NCBI GenBank assembly: GCA_964016885.1
Contig: OZ024741.1
Location: 402,256,001 to 402,320,000, forward strand
DNA: 64,000 nt
Origin: Eledone cirrhosa
Taxonomy: Eukaryota
Direction of reading: 5' to 3'
The notes under the pieces were generated by a model. It made no database searches, was not told the origin of the DNA, and saw nothing but the letters and a program-made list of their open reading frames with translations. Numbering within the stretch: position 1 is the first letter of the stretch; every line of letters starts with the position of its first letter. Both the position numbers and the translations under genes were made by a program. This document shows positions 24,460 through 35,517 of the stretch, in pieces.

Positions 24460-25075
24460 TGATTTCTACAGCTGGATGCCCTTCCTAACACCACCCTCAT
24501 TTACAGTGAGTGCTGGGTGCTTTTTTGCTGTGGCGCCTACATGTCCACTTTACAGTGTGGGCTGGGTGCTTTTTGCCGTGGCACCTCCACGACCACTTTA
24601 CAGTGGGAGGGGGTGGGGGCATATTGTCTATATGCTTCAGCTTGTACCCATAGGAGGTCAGGTACTCTGTATTACTGCGTGACGCCAGAGGTCACGGTCA
24701 TGTGTCATCGCCTTTGAGAGGTGTAATTGGGTAAGGTCGACTTTTATCACCTCATCCCAGGTCTTCTTGGGTCTCTCCAATCCGCGGCTTCCATCAACTT
24801 CTAGTGCTCTGCATCTTTTTATGCAGCTGTCATCCTTCATACGCATCACATGTCCATACCAGCGCGACCGCCTCTCCTGCACACAGCATTTGATTCCTCT
24901 TATGCTCAGTCTCTCTCTCAATTCATTCATGCTTTGTCGTTCGCGTATATTACTATTACACATCCATCGGAGCATGCAGGCTTCGTTTCTCTCTAATCTA
25001 CGCAAGTCTTCAACCTTCAGCGCCCAGGTCTCACTATCATGTAACATTGCTGTTCAGATACACGCATCATACAGA
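24460..25075 (-). mobile_element. RTE LINE 3' fragment
   Basis: ORF 24658-25047(-) MLHDSETWALKVEDLRRLERNEACMLRW, near-identical to 36999-37448. Confidence 0.92.
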
Positions 25076-25249
25076 TGATGATGATGATATAAAGGTACTG
25101 TTAGAACAGCCATGGAAATATCTGTGACAATTGTTGATTCCTTGTGTTACGGTACAAGGAATGATTCATGGAAGCTTTTTCATGATTGAAATGTTTTTTC
25201 CTTTGTATTGCTAATACAAAGGATCCAGGTGATACATTTAAGTGGTTTG

Positions 25250-26392
25250 ATGATGCTACTACTGCTGCGCTGCTGCTGCTACTACTACTGCTACTACTGC
25301 TACTGTTACTACTGCTACTGCTGCTACTACTGCTGCTGCTACTGCTGCTACTGTTACTACTACTACTGCTGCTGCGCTGCCGCTGCTGCTGCTGCTACTA
25401 CTGCTACTGTTACTACTGCTGCTGCGCTACTGCTACTACTGCTACTGTTACTACTGCTGCTGCTGCTACTACTACTGTTACTACTACTGCTGCTACTACT
25501 ACTGTTACTGTTACTGCTGCTGCTGCTACTGCTACTACTGCTACTGCTGCTACTACTACTGCTACTACTGCTGCTGCTACTGCTGCGCTGCTACTACTAC
25601 TGCTACTACTGCTGCTGCTGCTGCTGCTACTACTGCTACTACTGCTGCTGCTGCTACTACTGCTACTACTGCTGCACTGCTACTGCTGCTACTACTACTG
25701 CTGCTACTGCTGCTACTACTACTACTGCTACTACTGCTGCTGCTACTGCTGCTGCTGCTACTGCTACTGCTGCTGCTGCTACTACTACTGCTACTACTGC
25801 TACTGCTACTACTGCTGCTGCTGCTACTGCTGCTGCTACTGCTGCTACTGCTGCTACTGCTACTACTGCTGCTACTATTACTGCTGCTACTGCTGCTACT
25901 ACTGCTACTACTGCTGCTGCTGCTGCTGCTGCTACTATTACTGCTACTACTGCTGCTACTGCTGCTGCTGCTACTACTGCTACTGCTGCTGCTACTGCTG
26001 CTACTGCTGCTACTGCTACTACTGCTGCTACTACTGCTACTACTGCTGCTGCTACTGCTGCTGCTACTATTACTGCTACTACTGCTGCTACTGCTGCTGC
26101 TGCTACTATTACTGCTACTACTGCTGCTACTGCTGCTGCTGCTACTACTGCTACTGCTACTACTGCTACTACTACTGCTACTACTGCTGCTGCTACTGCT
26201 ACTACTACTGCTACTACTGCTGCTACTACTACTGCTACTGCTACTACTGCTGCTGCTTCTACTGCTGCTGCTGCTGCTATGCTACTACTGCTACTGCTAC
26301 TATTACTGCTGCTGCTACTACTACTACTACTGCTGCTGCTGCTTCTACTGCTGTTGCTGCTACTATTACTGCTACTGCTGCTACTACTGCTG
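25250..26392. repeat. ~1.15-kb compound (CTG/CTA)n trinucleotide microsatellite
   Basis: Directly visible. Source of the poly-L/C/Y/A/T ORFs. Confidence 0.97.
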
Positions 26393-26924
26393 GTATTCCT
26401 TCTTCCACTATTTGAAGTTGATGATGAGGTTTTCCATATATGGGGGAGGGGAGGAATATTTGTGTATAGGGTGAGGAGGTGAAGAATAATTAATAATTGT
26501 TTCTACTTTAGGCACAAGGCCAGCAATTAACCAGTGCATTACTGGTACTTTATTTTATCGAATAATTAATAAGAAGGATTTTATCGAATAATTAATAATA
26601 AGAAGAATTAATAATGATTACATTTTTATATTAGGAAAGTAGTGTAGTGAGAAATGTATATATACATATATATATATGTATTAAATATATATATGTATTA
26701 TATATTTATATATCTTATATGTGTCTATTATATATATGTCTATATGTTATATGTATATATGACATGTATATATATATTTAGTTAGAAATTGAACAACACA
26801 AAATATAACTACTATAGATAAAAGATATGAACATCATATCTTTTATCTATAACATCTGTCTGACGACCGATCCAGACGTATATTATTACATCATCAAACC
26901 ACTTAAATAATACATTTAAGTGAT

Positions 26925-27255
26925 TTGAAATTGTAAGAAAGCCAAGAAGAAGAAATTGTAATTTATTCAAACATCTCTACGATCATTTCATTGCGGCTAG
27001 AATATCACATCCATTTGCAGAGAAACTAGAGATAACCAGAACTATTTCCATTATGGTTGCTTTACAGAATAAAATAACAATAACTAATACCATAAGACAA
27101 TATCAAGAAAATGAGAGGATTCAAAGTGTGGAGCTTTTAGGCAGGCAGTTAGATTTCAAGGGCAAATGAATGTGATATTTTTGCCACATTGAAACGTACG
27201 TAGAGATGTTTGAATAAATAATAATTTCTTATCCTTGGCTTTATTACAATTTTTG
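26925..27255. repeat. Imperfect ~90-bp inverted repeat pair
   Basis: 26930-27019 (ATTGTAAGAAAGCCAAG...CAAACATCTCTACG...ATATCACATCCATTTGC) matches the reverse complement of 27161-27250. Confidence 0.8.
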
Positions 27256-27299
27256 AATATATAACTATACATTATATATATCGACAGTCGATTGACTCT

Positions 27300-27492
27300 C
27301 GTCAAATCGGACCGGGGAAACAATGGTTCCATTGGTCTTTCCAATTGCTAATACTATCTATCGGTCGCAAGTCCAGGTAGAAGGAGCAACGTAAAATAAA
27401 GTGTCTTGCTCAAGAACACAACGCATCGCCCGGTTCAGGAATCGAACTCACAACCTCGAATTGTGAATCCAATTCTCTAACCACTCAGCCAC
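27300..27492 (-). mobile_element. tRNA-derived SINE family B (alternative body)
   Basis: Minus strand: TGGCTGAGTGGTTAGAG, GAGTTCGATTCC, TCTTGAGCAAGACACTTTATTT, then a GGAAAGACCAATGGAA body shared with 43248-43480 and 56636-56847. Confidence 0.8.
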
Positions 27493-27565
27493 CTGTTATT
27501 TTTATCTAAAGATATTTTTTCCAATTCCATCCCGCCCGTTCCCTCAATCTATCTTATTTCTCATT

Positions 27566-27606
27566 CTTTCCTCTGATGAAGGACTAGTGTCCGAAACGTT
27601 AAGACC
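27566..27606 (+). ncRNA. Candidate minimal hammerhead ribozyme (Penelope-type)
   Basis: CTGATGA-A-GGAC-tagt-GTCC-GAAA-CGTTA. Both catalytic boxes, a 4-bp helix II and palindromic AACGTT are present; helix I is weak. Confidence 0.5.
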
Positions 27607-27688
27607 CTCTTCCTGCTATATCAAGCATTAACCTAATATATACCTTCCATATACTGTACTGATTATGTTGTTATTTTTGTTTACCTTT

Positions 27689-27764
<76 letters not shown>

Positions 27765-28459
27765 TACACACCATTTTCAGTATCCAATATCTGTTTCAGA
27801 GGAACTTAAAAAAAAGACTCTAAACACTGTTGACCAAGAACAAATAACAGCCAAAAATAGAAGAAAAAAAAGAACCTGATGCATAAATGTTCATTTTTTT
27901 TCCTTTCAATTTGATGAAAGAAATTCACACTTGACACAGTTGGGTCTGCTTTTCTCCCCTCTTCATCTTTTAACTCCTCTCTCTCCTACATAGAGAAAAA
28001 ATAGGGAAAAAATGGGGATTTTTAGGTTAGCAAATAAAAGTAAATTAGTTCTTGGTTGCCAGGTCGAAATTCTGACGTTTTATCAATGAAAAAAAATACA
28101 GCCTGTGATATTTATTACTTTCTACATATAATATAGATAATATTTTGACTGGTCCAATTTATGTCAGAAAAGTGATACACTTAATTGAATTGTCTGCTGA
28201 GGGAATGAAACACAAAATTGATTCCAGTGAGGTTTGAACTTGATTGATATATTCAATAATTAAACTATTTACGACAAACTATTTCATCAGCACCATTCTT
28301 TTTCTCTCATAAGCTCTCTCATTTATGGCTGCCAGGGAAATTTCATTAAGAGTGGCATAAGATTTTCATAAAGTAGTGGACTGTTTTAGAAAGTTACACA
28401 AAATGAAAGTCTGTAGGTCAATTCTAAACACATACATAATGTGTATATATACATATATA

Positions 28460-28610
28460 TATCATCATCATCATCATCATTATTTTATGTCCGCTTTTCC
28501 CTGCTTGCAAGGGTGAGACAGGTTCAATTCAACACAGCATCTCTTCACTTGTCACGGTCCTTCGACATCTCCGTGAGCTTCAGCGATCTGAGGTCAGCTC
28601 TCACCACCTC
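28460..28610 (-). mobile_element. RTE short-3'UTR subfamily 3' fragment
   Basis: Reverse complement of 22490-22635. Confidence 0.8.
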
Positions 28611-28636
28611 ATATATATTAATATATATATATATAT

Positions 28637-30146
28637 TCATCATCATCATCGTTTAACGTCTATCTTCCATGCTAGCATTAGTTAGATGGGAGTTGTCCCA
28701 TTTTGAGGCAAGGTTAGTTGGGTGACCATGTCTCACTCATATAGGACTGTCTGGCAGGTTTTCTGCGGCTGGATGCCCTTCCTAACACCAACCACATTTA
28801 CAGTGTGGACTGGGACTTTTTACCGTGTTACCTACATGGCCACATTACAGCGTGGACTGTGTTTTTTTGTCGTGACACCTACACAATCTTGATCTCGATA
28901 TCTCATTTATTTGGACTGGATGTTTTGGTACCAACTTTACAGAGAAAGGGTGGTGATGGTGTGAGTGGGAGGATGGAGTAGGGGTAGTGGATTGGAGTGT
29001 ATATTTGGTTAAGAGGTACCTACTGACTAGGTTTCGCTTTGTACATAGGCAAGGCGGGTCTTCTGTATTACTGTGTGGCGCCAAAGATCTCGGTCCAGTG
29101 ACATTGTCTTAGAGAGGTGCAAGTATGTAAGGTCGGAATTTATCGGATTGTCCCAGGTTTTTCTTGGTCTACCTACTCCGTAACTTCCATCAATTTTGAT
29201 CGCCCTGCACTTTTTTATACAGCTGTCGTCTTTCATGTGCATCACATGGCCATACCAACGTAGTCTTCTCTCAAGTAAACAGCATCTGATCCCTCTTATT
29301 CCTAATTTCCCACTGAGTTCATTTATGTTTTGCCGTTCACGTATATTACTATTGCAGATCCAACGGAGCATGCATGCTTCGTTCCTTTCCAGTCTGTGCA
29401 GGTCCTCTGCATACAATGCTCATGTCTCACTGCCATGTAACATTGCTGTTCGTATGCAGGCATCATACAATCTGCCTTTCATTTTTAGAGAGAAACCTTT
29501 TGTGGCCAACCTTTTCCATCCCGTTCTGACTCTGGCTACTGTACTTTCAGAGCACCCTCCACCACTGCTGATTTTGTCACCCAGGTAATGGAAAGTGTCC
29601 ACTATTTCTGTAGAACCATCTGGGCAATAGAAGGAGCTAGTATCCTGTGGGCACTTGCTACTTATTGCACCTGAGCATTGGCCACATATAAAGTCTACGT
29701 TCTTAGATAGTTTACCTGTGATCAAACTACATCTTTTAGGTACCCAAAGTTTACATTTGGGACATAAAATGGAATTTCTACCTACGCCTATTTTAAACAC
29801 TGAGCATGGCCATTTCCCAGAGGGTACCTGTGCCCTATTTTCCTTTCTACATACTAGAACTTTAGTCTTAGACAAGTTAACTTTAAGGCCTTTTGATTCT
29901 AGGCCATGCTTCTATGTTTGGAATTTCTTCTCTAGTTCAGCCATAGATTCAGCTATGAGAGTTAGATCATCTGCGTATAGGAGTTCCCATGGGCAGCCGG
30001 TCTTAAACTCCTCTGTTATAGCCTGAAGGGCAATAATAAATAGGAGGGGGCTAAGGACAATCTTGATGAACACCAACTTTTACACTAAATTCTTCACTAT
30101 ATTCATTGTTAATTCTAACCTTACTGACTGTTTCTTTATACATGGC
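28637..30146 (-). mobile_element. 5'-truncated RTE LINE (RT C-terminal half, PHD-like finger, 3' UTR, (GAT)n tail)
   Basis: Reverse complement of about 31999-33480. ORFs 29420-29875(-) and 29027-29416(-). Contains WELLYADD. Confidence 0.95.
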
Positions 30147-33092
30147 CGCTCTAACGAGGTTGTAGAATTGCTTGAACGTAAGGAGGTTGATGTTTGCTGT
30201 ATCCAAGAGACCAGGTGGAGGGGCGGCTCTGCTAGATTCATTGTGGGTAAAAAACGTTGCTATAAGCTTTTCTGGGTGGGGAATGACAAGGGGATAGGTG
30301 GGGTAGGAATCATGTTAGCAGAAAAATGGGTGGATAAGATAATAGATGTAAATAGAGTGAATGACAGAATAATTAAAATAAGACTTGTTCTAAACAGAAC
30401 TACTGTGACAGTAATATCTGCATACGCACCCCAATCTGCACTGCCTGGCGCTATAAAAGACAGATTCTATGAGACACTGATGCTCACTACCTACCAAATA
30501 ACCGACAGTGACTATATAATTATTGCTGGTCACGTTGGACAACATTGTGACGGCTATGATGGAATCTACGGAGGCTATGGGTTTGGTACTAGAAACGAGG
30601 AAGGCTCCAGAATCCTGGAATTCTGTGATGCAAACAACCTAACTATCTGTAACACTAACTTCAAAAAATGAGACAATCACTTGATCACCTATAGATCCGG
30701 GGAACACACAAGCCAGGTAGATTATATCCTTACCAGAAGATGTGACAGAGTGTCTGTTGTAAACACTAAATCCCTCCCCCATGAAGAATGCACCTCCCAA
30801 CATAGACTGATAATTAGCGACCTCATAGTCAGGATGAGACGGACTAGACAGCAGAAGAGGACTATCCTCAGGAGAAAAATATGGAAGCTAAAGGATCCCA
30901 CAGCCAGAAATAAATTTCAAAGCATATTACTTGATGCTTTCGACAGTAAGGAAGAGCAATTAGTCGTACAAGGTAGAGGAACAGTGGGAATTCCTGAAAG
31001 CAAACCTGCTGATGGCGGCAGACGAAGTCTGTGGCTGGAGCAGGCCTGTAGGCAGGAGGAGAGTAACATGGTGGTGGAACAGTAAGGTGGAGGGGTCAAT
31101 CAAGGCCAAAAAGCAGGCTTGGAAAGCATGGCGGGATGGGGGAAGTAGAGAAGACTATCAAGTGGCCAGGAGGGAAGCTAGGAGACAAGTGTACTTCGCA
31201 AGAAGGGAAGCAGAGGAAAGTTCAAGCATGTTCTACAACGCGAGGACCAAAAACGTGAGGTGTTCAGGATTGCTAGGCAATGTGTCAAGGAAAACCGTGA
31301 TATTGTCGGGGAGAAGTGTGTACTTAACGATGATGGCGTACTTGCCATCACTGACGCTGATAAGAAGGTAGCTTGGAAGTGTCACTACGAAAGGCTACTA
31401 AATGAGGAGAATAAATGGGAGAAAGACAGTCTCCCCCACATCGACCCAATAGAGGGACCAGCAGTGTTAGTCGAAGGTTGTATAATAAGTAAGGCAATCA
31501 AAGATATGAAGATGGGTAAGGCGGCTGGGCCTTCGGAAATAGTTGCTGAGATGCTGAAAGCCTCCGGTACGGTGGGACACACCATGGTCACCCGGATAGT
31601 AAACCAAGTCATACAGAATGGGGTTGTTCCGAAGGACTGGCGTAGCAGCATCATCGTTAACTGTTACAAGGGTAAAGGAGACGCCCTAGATAGGAGTAAC
31701 TATAGAAGCATTAAATTAATCGACCAGGTCATGAAGGTCACGGAAAAAGTAATAGCGCAACTAATCAGAGAGAGAATTGATCTAGATGAAATGCAGTTCG
31801 GGTTTGTGTCAGGCAAAAGTACCACAGACGCTCTTTTCATTGTACGACAACTACAGGAGAAGTACCTAGCTAAAAGTAAACCCCTATACTTAGCTTTTGT
31901 CGACTTGGAGAAAGCCTTCGACAGAGTCCCCCGTTCCATTATCTGGTGGGCTCTTAGAAAACTAGGTGTTGACGAATGGCTTGTGAGAGTCATACAAGCC
32001 ATGTATAAAGAAACAGTCAGCAAGGTTAGAATTAACAACGAATATAGTGAAGAGTTTAGCGTAAAAGTTGGTGTCCATCAGGGCTCTGTTCTTAGCCCCC
32101 TACTATTTATTATTGCCCTTCAGGCTATAACAGAGGAGTTCAAGACCGGCTGCCCATGGGAACTCCTATAAGCAGATGATCTAACGCTCATAGCTGAATC
32201 AATGGCCGAGCTAGAGAAGAAATTCCAAACATGGAAGCACGGCCTAGAATCAAAAGGCCTTAAAATTAACCTGGCTAAGACTAAAGTTCTAGTTTGGAAA
32301 TGGCCATGCTCAGTGTGTAGGAAAGGCGAAGGTAGAAACTCCATTTTATGTCCCAAATGCAAAGTATGGGTGCATAAAAGATGTAGTGGGATCACAGGTA
32401 AGGTAACTAAGAACACAGATTTTACATGTGGCCGGTGCTCTGGTGCAATAAGTAGCAGCAAGTGCCCACAAAATACTAGCTCTTTCAATTGCGCAGAGGG
32501 TTCTATAGAAATAGTGGACAGCTTCCGTTACCTGGGTGACAAAATCAGCAGTGGGGGAGGGTGCTCTGAAAGTACAGTAGCTAGAGTCAGAACTGGATGG
32601 AAAAAGTTCAGAGAGCTTATACCACTATTAGTTGCTAAAGGGTTCTCCCTAAAAATGAAAGGCAGGTTGTATGATGCCTGCATACGAACAGCAATGTTAC
32701 ATGGCAGTGAGACCTGGGCATTGTGTGCAGAGGATATACGCAGACTAGAGAGGAACGAAGCTTGCATGCTCCGCTGGATGTGTAATAGTAATATACGTGA
32801 ACGGCAAAGCATAAACGAACTAAGGAAAAAATTAGAAATAAGAGGGATCAGATGTTGTTTACTCGAGAGAAGGCTACGTTGGTATGGTCACGTGATGCGC
32901 ACGAAAGACGACAGCTGTATAACAAAGTGCAGGGCAATAAAGATAGATGGTAGCCACGGAGTAGGCAGACCCAGGAAAACCTGGGACGAGCTGATAAATT
33001 CCGACCTCACACACTTACACCTCTCCAAGACAATGTCACTGGACCGAGACCTTTGGCGGTACTCAGTAACAGAGAAGACCCGCCTTACCTAA
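30144..33092 (+). pseudogene. Disrupted RTE ORF: APE endonuclease, reverse transcriptase and PHD-like zinc finger
   Basis: VDVCCIQETRW, ISAYAPQ, SQVDYIL, SQHRL (APE); FVDLEKAFDRVP, HQGSVLSPLLF (RT). Stops at 30669-30671 and 32169-32171 (YADD to *ADD); frameshifts near 30960-31010 and 31215-31260. Confidence 0.95.
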
Positions 33093-33481
33093 ATACAAAG
33101 TAAAACCTACTACAGTCAGTAGGCATCTCTAACAAAATACACCCCCGTCCCACCACCCCCACCCCATCCACACCGCCCCCTTCAATGCAAAGTTATGTTG
33201 GTGCCACAACATCCAGGCCGAAACAAATGAGATCGTGTAGGTGTCACGACAAAAAACACACAGTCCACGCTGTAATGTGGCCGTGTAGGCAACACGGTAA
33301 AAACCTCCCAGTCCCACACTGTAAATGTGGTTGGTGTTAGGAAGGGCATCCAGCTGTAGAAAAGTCCTATGCGAGCAAGACAGTCCTATGCGAGCAAGAC
33401 AATCACTCTTGTCTCAAGTGGGAAAACCCCCGTCCAAACCCATGCAAGCGTGGAACAGGGACGTTAAACGATGATGATGAT
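30144..33481 (+). mobile_element. Nearly full-length RTE-clade LINE lacking its 5' UTR and first codons
   Basis: APE endonuclease, RT, C-terminal domain, ~390-bp 3' UTR and (GAT)n tail. Confidence 0.97.
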
Positions 33482-33520
33482 ATATATAGTGACGAAACAT
33501 AAGTCAATTGCATGAACTCA

Positions 33521-33580
33521 TAATCCTATATATATTTCGATGATAGCCATTGAATGGCTATGACCTCATCAGGCAGTTAG
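33521..33580 (-). ncRNA. Candidate hammerhead ribozyme (Penelope-type), minus strand
   Basis: CTGATGA-GGTCATAGCCA-ttcaa-TGGCTATCATC-GAAA-TATATA-TA. Long helix II and palindromic helix III; helix I is imperfect. Confidence 0.55.
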
Positions 33581-33826
33581 TCAGTTCTTAGATATGCCAG
33601 CTCTGTGTTTATAGTGTTGATGGTATCAGAGCCTTGAAACATATGAGCTTGTTAGGAATAATTTAATGTTGTCAGCAGGAATATTCTTGATTCTCATTGG
33701 TCAGTTTGTAGATGGTAGTAGGGTTGGTATTTGACCTCAAGGATATATATAGCCTGTTTAAGGTAGTAATCAGTTCTAACACACATACACACATATATTC
33801 CGTTTCAGGTAGTAATTTTGGTTTAA

Positions 33827-34799
33827 CAGTATATACTTGTATATAAGCTGAGAAATATGTGATAACAAAATTGATAGTAAAATGGGGATCAGCATATACT
33901 TGAGGTCAATATTTTGCCGATTTTCATCAACTTCAAAATTCTATGTAAATGAGGTGCGAAAGTATTTTCAGTTTGGAGGTGAATATTGCACCAGTTTCAC
34001 TTTGGAGGTGAATATTGCACCAGTTTCACTTTGGAGGTGAATATTACACCAGTTCCACTTTGGAGGTGAATATTGCACCAGTTCCACTTTGGAGGTGAAT
34101 ATTGCACCAGTTTCACTTGGAGTTGAATATTACACCAGTTTCACTTTGGAGGTGAACATTACACCAGTTTCACTTTGGAGTTGAACATTACACCAGTTTC
34201 ACTTTGGAGTTGAACATTACACCAGTTTCACTTTGGAGGTGAACATTACACCAGTTTCACTTTGGAGGTGAACATTACACCAGTTTCACTTTGGAGGTGA
34301 ACATTACACCAGTTTCACTTTGGAGGTGAACATTACACCAGTTTCACTTTGGAGGTGAACATTACACCAGTTTCACTTTGGAGGTGAACATTACACCAGT
34401 TTCACTTTGGAGGTGAACATTACACCAGTTTCACTTTGGAGGTGAACATTACACCAGTTTCACTTTGGGGGCGAATATTACACCAGTTTCACTTTGGGGG
34501 CGAATATTACACCAGTTTCACTTTGGGGGCGAATATTACACCAGTTTCACTTTGGGGGTGAATATTACACCAGTTCCACTTTGTTTGTGTCTTATGTAAT
34601 GGAGTTGTAAAACAAAAACTATATTCTAAATGACACTTAAAACATATTAAATATCAAAATATGAAAACTTCATGAGAATTTCAAAACTGCCCCATCTAAA
34701 CATGTGTTATAAACAGAGTTTGGATCTTTGCCCAGTTTTCAGACATAAAATAATGGGATCAGCTTATATTCAGATTGACTTATATTTGAGGATATACTG
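33827..34799. mobile_element. Non-autonomous Tc/pogo-like DNA element with degenerate TIRs
   Basis: Left CAGTATATACTTGTATATAAGCTGA; right TGACTTATATTTGAGGATATACTG followed by TA. Subterminal AATGGG(G)ATCAGC.TATA repeats at about 33881 and 34752. Confidence 0.6.
33968..34582. repeat. 29-bp minisatellite, ~21 copies
   Basis: Unit CTTTGGAGGTGAACATTACACCAGTTTCA (period 34202 to 34231). Confidence 0.97.
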
Positions 34800-34935
34800 T
34801 AAATAAGATCCAAGTTGATTAAGAACATTTGTTCAGGAAGTAGTTTGTGATATACCATATACTCGAACATATACTATATATACACATATATATATAATTA
34901 TAGATACTATATATACTCACATATACCATCATCAT

Positions 34936-35270
34936 CATTCATCATTTCATTTTACGTCCGCTTTTCCCTGCTTGCAAGGGTGGGATGGGAACTGATTCTG
35001 GCTTGATTTCTACAGCTGGATGCCCTTCCTAACACCAACCTCATTTACAGTGAGTGCTGGGTGATTTTTTTCCGTGGCACCTCCACGTCCACTTTACAGT
35101 GAAATGATAGGGACCCCAGTCCCTATCATCTCATTTCTACAGCTGAGTAAACTGGAGCAATGTGAAATAAAGTGTCTTGCTCAAGGAAACAACACATCAC
35201 CCAGTCTGAGAATTGAACTCACAACCTTATGATTGCAAGGCCAATGCTCTAACCACTAAGCCATCTGCTC
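34936..35270 (-). mobile_element. Composite tRNA-SINE family B with RTE-derived tail
   Basis: Reverse complement of 62092-62417 along its whole length. Confidence 0.9.
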
Positions 35271-35517
35271 CATTCATTTATACTCATTATACCCATTTAT
35301 ACTCACATATATTATATACTCACATATATTATATATACATGTATACTTTATATAGTCACACATACTATATATACTCACATATACTATATATACACATTTA
35401 TACTATATATACACACACATATACCATATATACACACATAAATGGACATTAAACAATGATGATGACACACCATATATATATATATACCCACACATACTAT
35501 ATATACCATATATATTA

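Noticed and set aside
25186-26482. 409-aa and 424-aa Cys/Tyr- or Ala/Thr-rich ORFs resembling antifreeze glycoprotein or mucin
   Set aside because: They come from a (CTG/CTA)n tract with frame slips and no unique coding flanks.
26858-26880. CTGACGA hammerhead box
   Set aside because: No helix II or GAAA box follows.
30063-30143. Apparent N-terminus (MMNTNFYTK…) of the RTE endonuclease ORF
   Set aside because: It is antisense RT sequence of the inverted sister copy, the reverse complement of about 32000-32085.
28637-33481. Classic twin-priming inversion of a single LINE RNA
   Set aside because: Both parts have their own 3' tail, cover the same LINE region and are visibly diverged.
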